Under the pieces are notes generated by a model. It was not told the DNA's origin. It did no database searches and saw only the letters and a program-made list of their open reading frames with translations. Source: Thermoplasmatota archaeon (GTDB lineage: Archaea > Thermoplasmatota > Penumbrarchaeia > Penumbrarchaeales > Penumbrarchaeaceae). From it: a stretch of DNA of 28,326 nucleotides. The stretch spans positions 1-28,326 of the forward strand of contig CBDDUX010000052.1 in the NCBI GenBank assembly GCA_965234725.1, in the 5' to 3' direction. The position numbers were made by a program, and so were the translations under genes. Position 1 is the stretch's first letter. Each line of letters begins with the position of its first letter. Of this stretch, positions 26,951 to 28,326 are shown one piece after another.

Positions 26951-28326
26951 AGGTTCATTTGATCTTTAGCAAGGACCTCTCCGAAAACAGCGGATCTTTT
27001 CCATTTTGGTGCGGAAGTCGGAAATTCTTATTGAAGAGTGACAAATGAAATAGCTTGATTATTTCGCTATTAATTGAGATTATTAAAACTATAATATCTT
27101 AAGAAATAAAGGTAATAATCAAATTTTTTTTCCTACTTCTGCGTAATTGAGCACAAATCGGAAAGGAAATCCTTCGATCTTGGTGGTCTCAACACCATAG
27201 GACCCAGGTTGTGGTCAATAAATTATTTGTTTCAGAATATTAAAGAATTGCCTCTTCTGGGGGGATTGGGCAATAGATTTGAGTTATAAATTGTGATACA
27301 TAGACAGATTTGATTTCCATCTTCTAAATAGAATTGAGAATGGGGTGAAAAATAAACCTAGAATATTTGGTCCACTCCCGGTAAATGTTTTATAGACAAG
27401 TCTGATGAAGATATTTTGCCATATGAGGTCGAGTGGCCGACACTATTGTGACAGCCAACGAACAAGACAATGGACTGTACTACAGCCCTGTCTACCATGA
27501 TATCTTCCATTTTGGAGGAAATCATATATTTGCATACGACCAGAACGAAAATGAGGAGACTATGAACAGAACGGAAATTATTCGGGATGTCGGCTCGATA
27601 AACTCACATGGCACTTTTCCTTTTCTGGGGGGGAAATGGGTATTATCGATCAATCTGTCCAAACAATTCCTCAATTTGTTGGGGTGTCCCATCCCAATGT
27701 TTGATAATTTGAAAAGTCAAGGGGCTAAATTCATGAATATGTCCACATGATTGACATAGGAAGATATAATTTTGATCTTTCCTAATTGCAATGTTTATCT
27801 CCTCATAATTTGGTAATGAAATATTCATATCATTTTTACATTTATTACATAATTCTACAAATGTGAATCCAGAGAATCCTTGAATATAATCTCTATATAA
27901 TACTTGAACAATATTTGCAATTGTTATTTCCGGTAAAATTCTATTATATTGAATGCCTTCGATATTCACAAGAAATCCTTTGATATTTCTTGTAATACCT
28001 TTCTCAATTATTGGTAGAATATAATCAAAAGATTGGATTGAAGAATACATTATATTTGACTTTCTAGCAATTGCATATCCAATTTCTTGATTCATCCATT
28101 GAGAGGTAATACTATTGCGAGTTATTATTGGCATAAATAAATCAAATTGGTTCAGAGCAGTAAGGACTTTTGTAGTAATATTTTCTCCTGGTAAACTTGT
28201 ATTTTCCACTATAATCGGTTCAAGCCCCATCCGTGATAAAGTAATTGAAACCATATTCACAAACTTGGCATCTTTTGATTGATATGAAATGAAGATATTC
28301 ATTACTTCTCCACCCTATATTATTAA
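26951..28326. other. AT-rich segment compositionally distinct from the operon (possible edge of an accessory island)
   Basis: Abrupt shift to AT-rich sequence right after the protease stop, continuing to the window end; judged by eye. Confidence 0.55.
27643..28302 (-). CDS. TIR-domain protein with C-terminal zinc-ribbon-like region
   Basis: IFISY..D, PG..I, SQWMNQEIGYA (WxxxE motif), then CNKC..CQSCGH. SD GGTGGAG. Confidence 0.8.
   Translation of the reverse strand: MNIFISYQSKDAKFVNMVSITLSRMGLEPIIVENTSLPGENITTKVLTALNQFDLFMPIITRNSITSQWMNQEIGYAIARKSNIMYSSIQSFDYILPIIEKGITRNIKGFLVNIEGIQYNRILPEITIANIVQVLYRDYIQGFSGFTFVELCNKCKNDMNISLPNYEEINIAIRKDQNYIFLCQSCGHIHEFSPLTFQIIKHWDGTPQQIEELFGQIDR

Noticed and set aside
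63-26958. Numerous antisense and alternate-frame ORFs (e.g. 4529..5302, 3095..3700, 11740..12309, 16191..16754, 21290..21853)
   Set aside because: They lie within well-supported genes and have no motifs; they are typical shadow ORFs.
26996-27131. T-rich tracts (TCTTTTCCATTTT at ~26996; T8 at 27124-27131) as operon terminator
   Set aside because: Plausible for an archaeon but indistinguishable from background in an AT-rich region.
27433-27750. 105-aa plus-strand ORF with GTG start
   Set aside because: No recognisable motif, and it overlaps the 3' end of the TIR gene by about 108 nt. It could be a gene fragment but cannot be supported without a search.
1-28326. CRISPR arrays, tRNA/rRNA genes, cobalamin riboswitch
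   Set aside because: No regularly spaced repeats or recognisable RNA motifs were seen by eye, and intergenic spaces are mostly very short. An Infernal/tRNAscan run would be needed to exclude them formally.

Overview
This is a dense anaerobic energy-metabolism locus. It is probably archaeal (GGAGGTG/GGTGA-type SD motifs, TATA-like boxes, group 3c Mvh and Hdr genes), but taxonomy is an inference. The left part encodes two paralogous short-chain acyl-CoA dehydrogenases, MscL, and a minus-strand B12 mutase operon (cobO, large subunit, B12-binding subunit, meaB). The mutase active-site residues F89/Q207 are those of isobutyryl-CoA mutase, not methylmalonyl-CoA mutase. A decayed acyl-CoA synthetase remnant follows. 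Next comes a ~19.7 kb tightly coupled plus-strand operon: etfBA, hdrCBA, [HdrA N-part::NuoE], NuoF/HydB-like, [NuoG-N::HdrA remainder], mvhD, fdhB-like, tandem hdrC-like, double-module hdrA, mvhD, mvhG, mvhA and a maturation protease. The most striking feature is a large HdrA split into two genes in the middle of its FAD and ferredoxin domains by a complete NuoEFG/HydABC-like NAD(H) module, with an intact paralog downstream showing the unsplit state. The window ends in an AT-rich segment with a TIR plus zinc-ribbon gene. No RNA genes, CRISPR arrays or IS elements were recognised.
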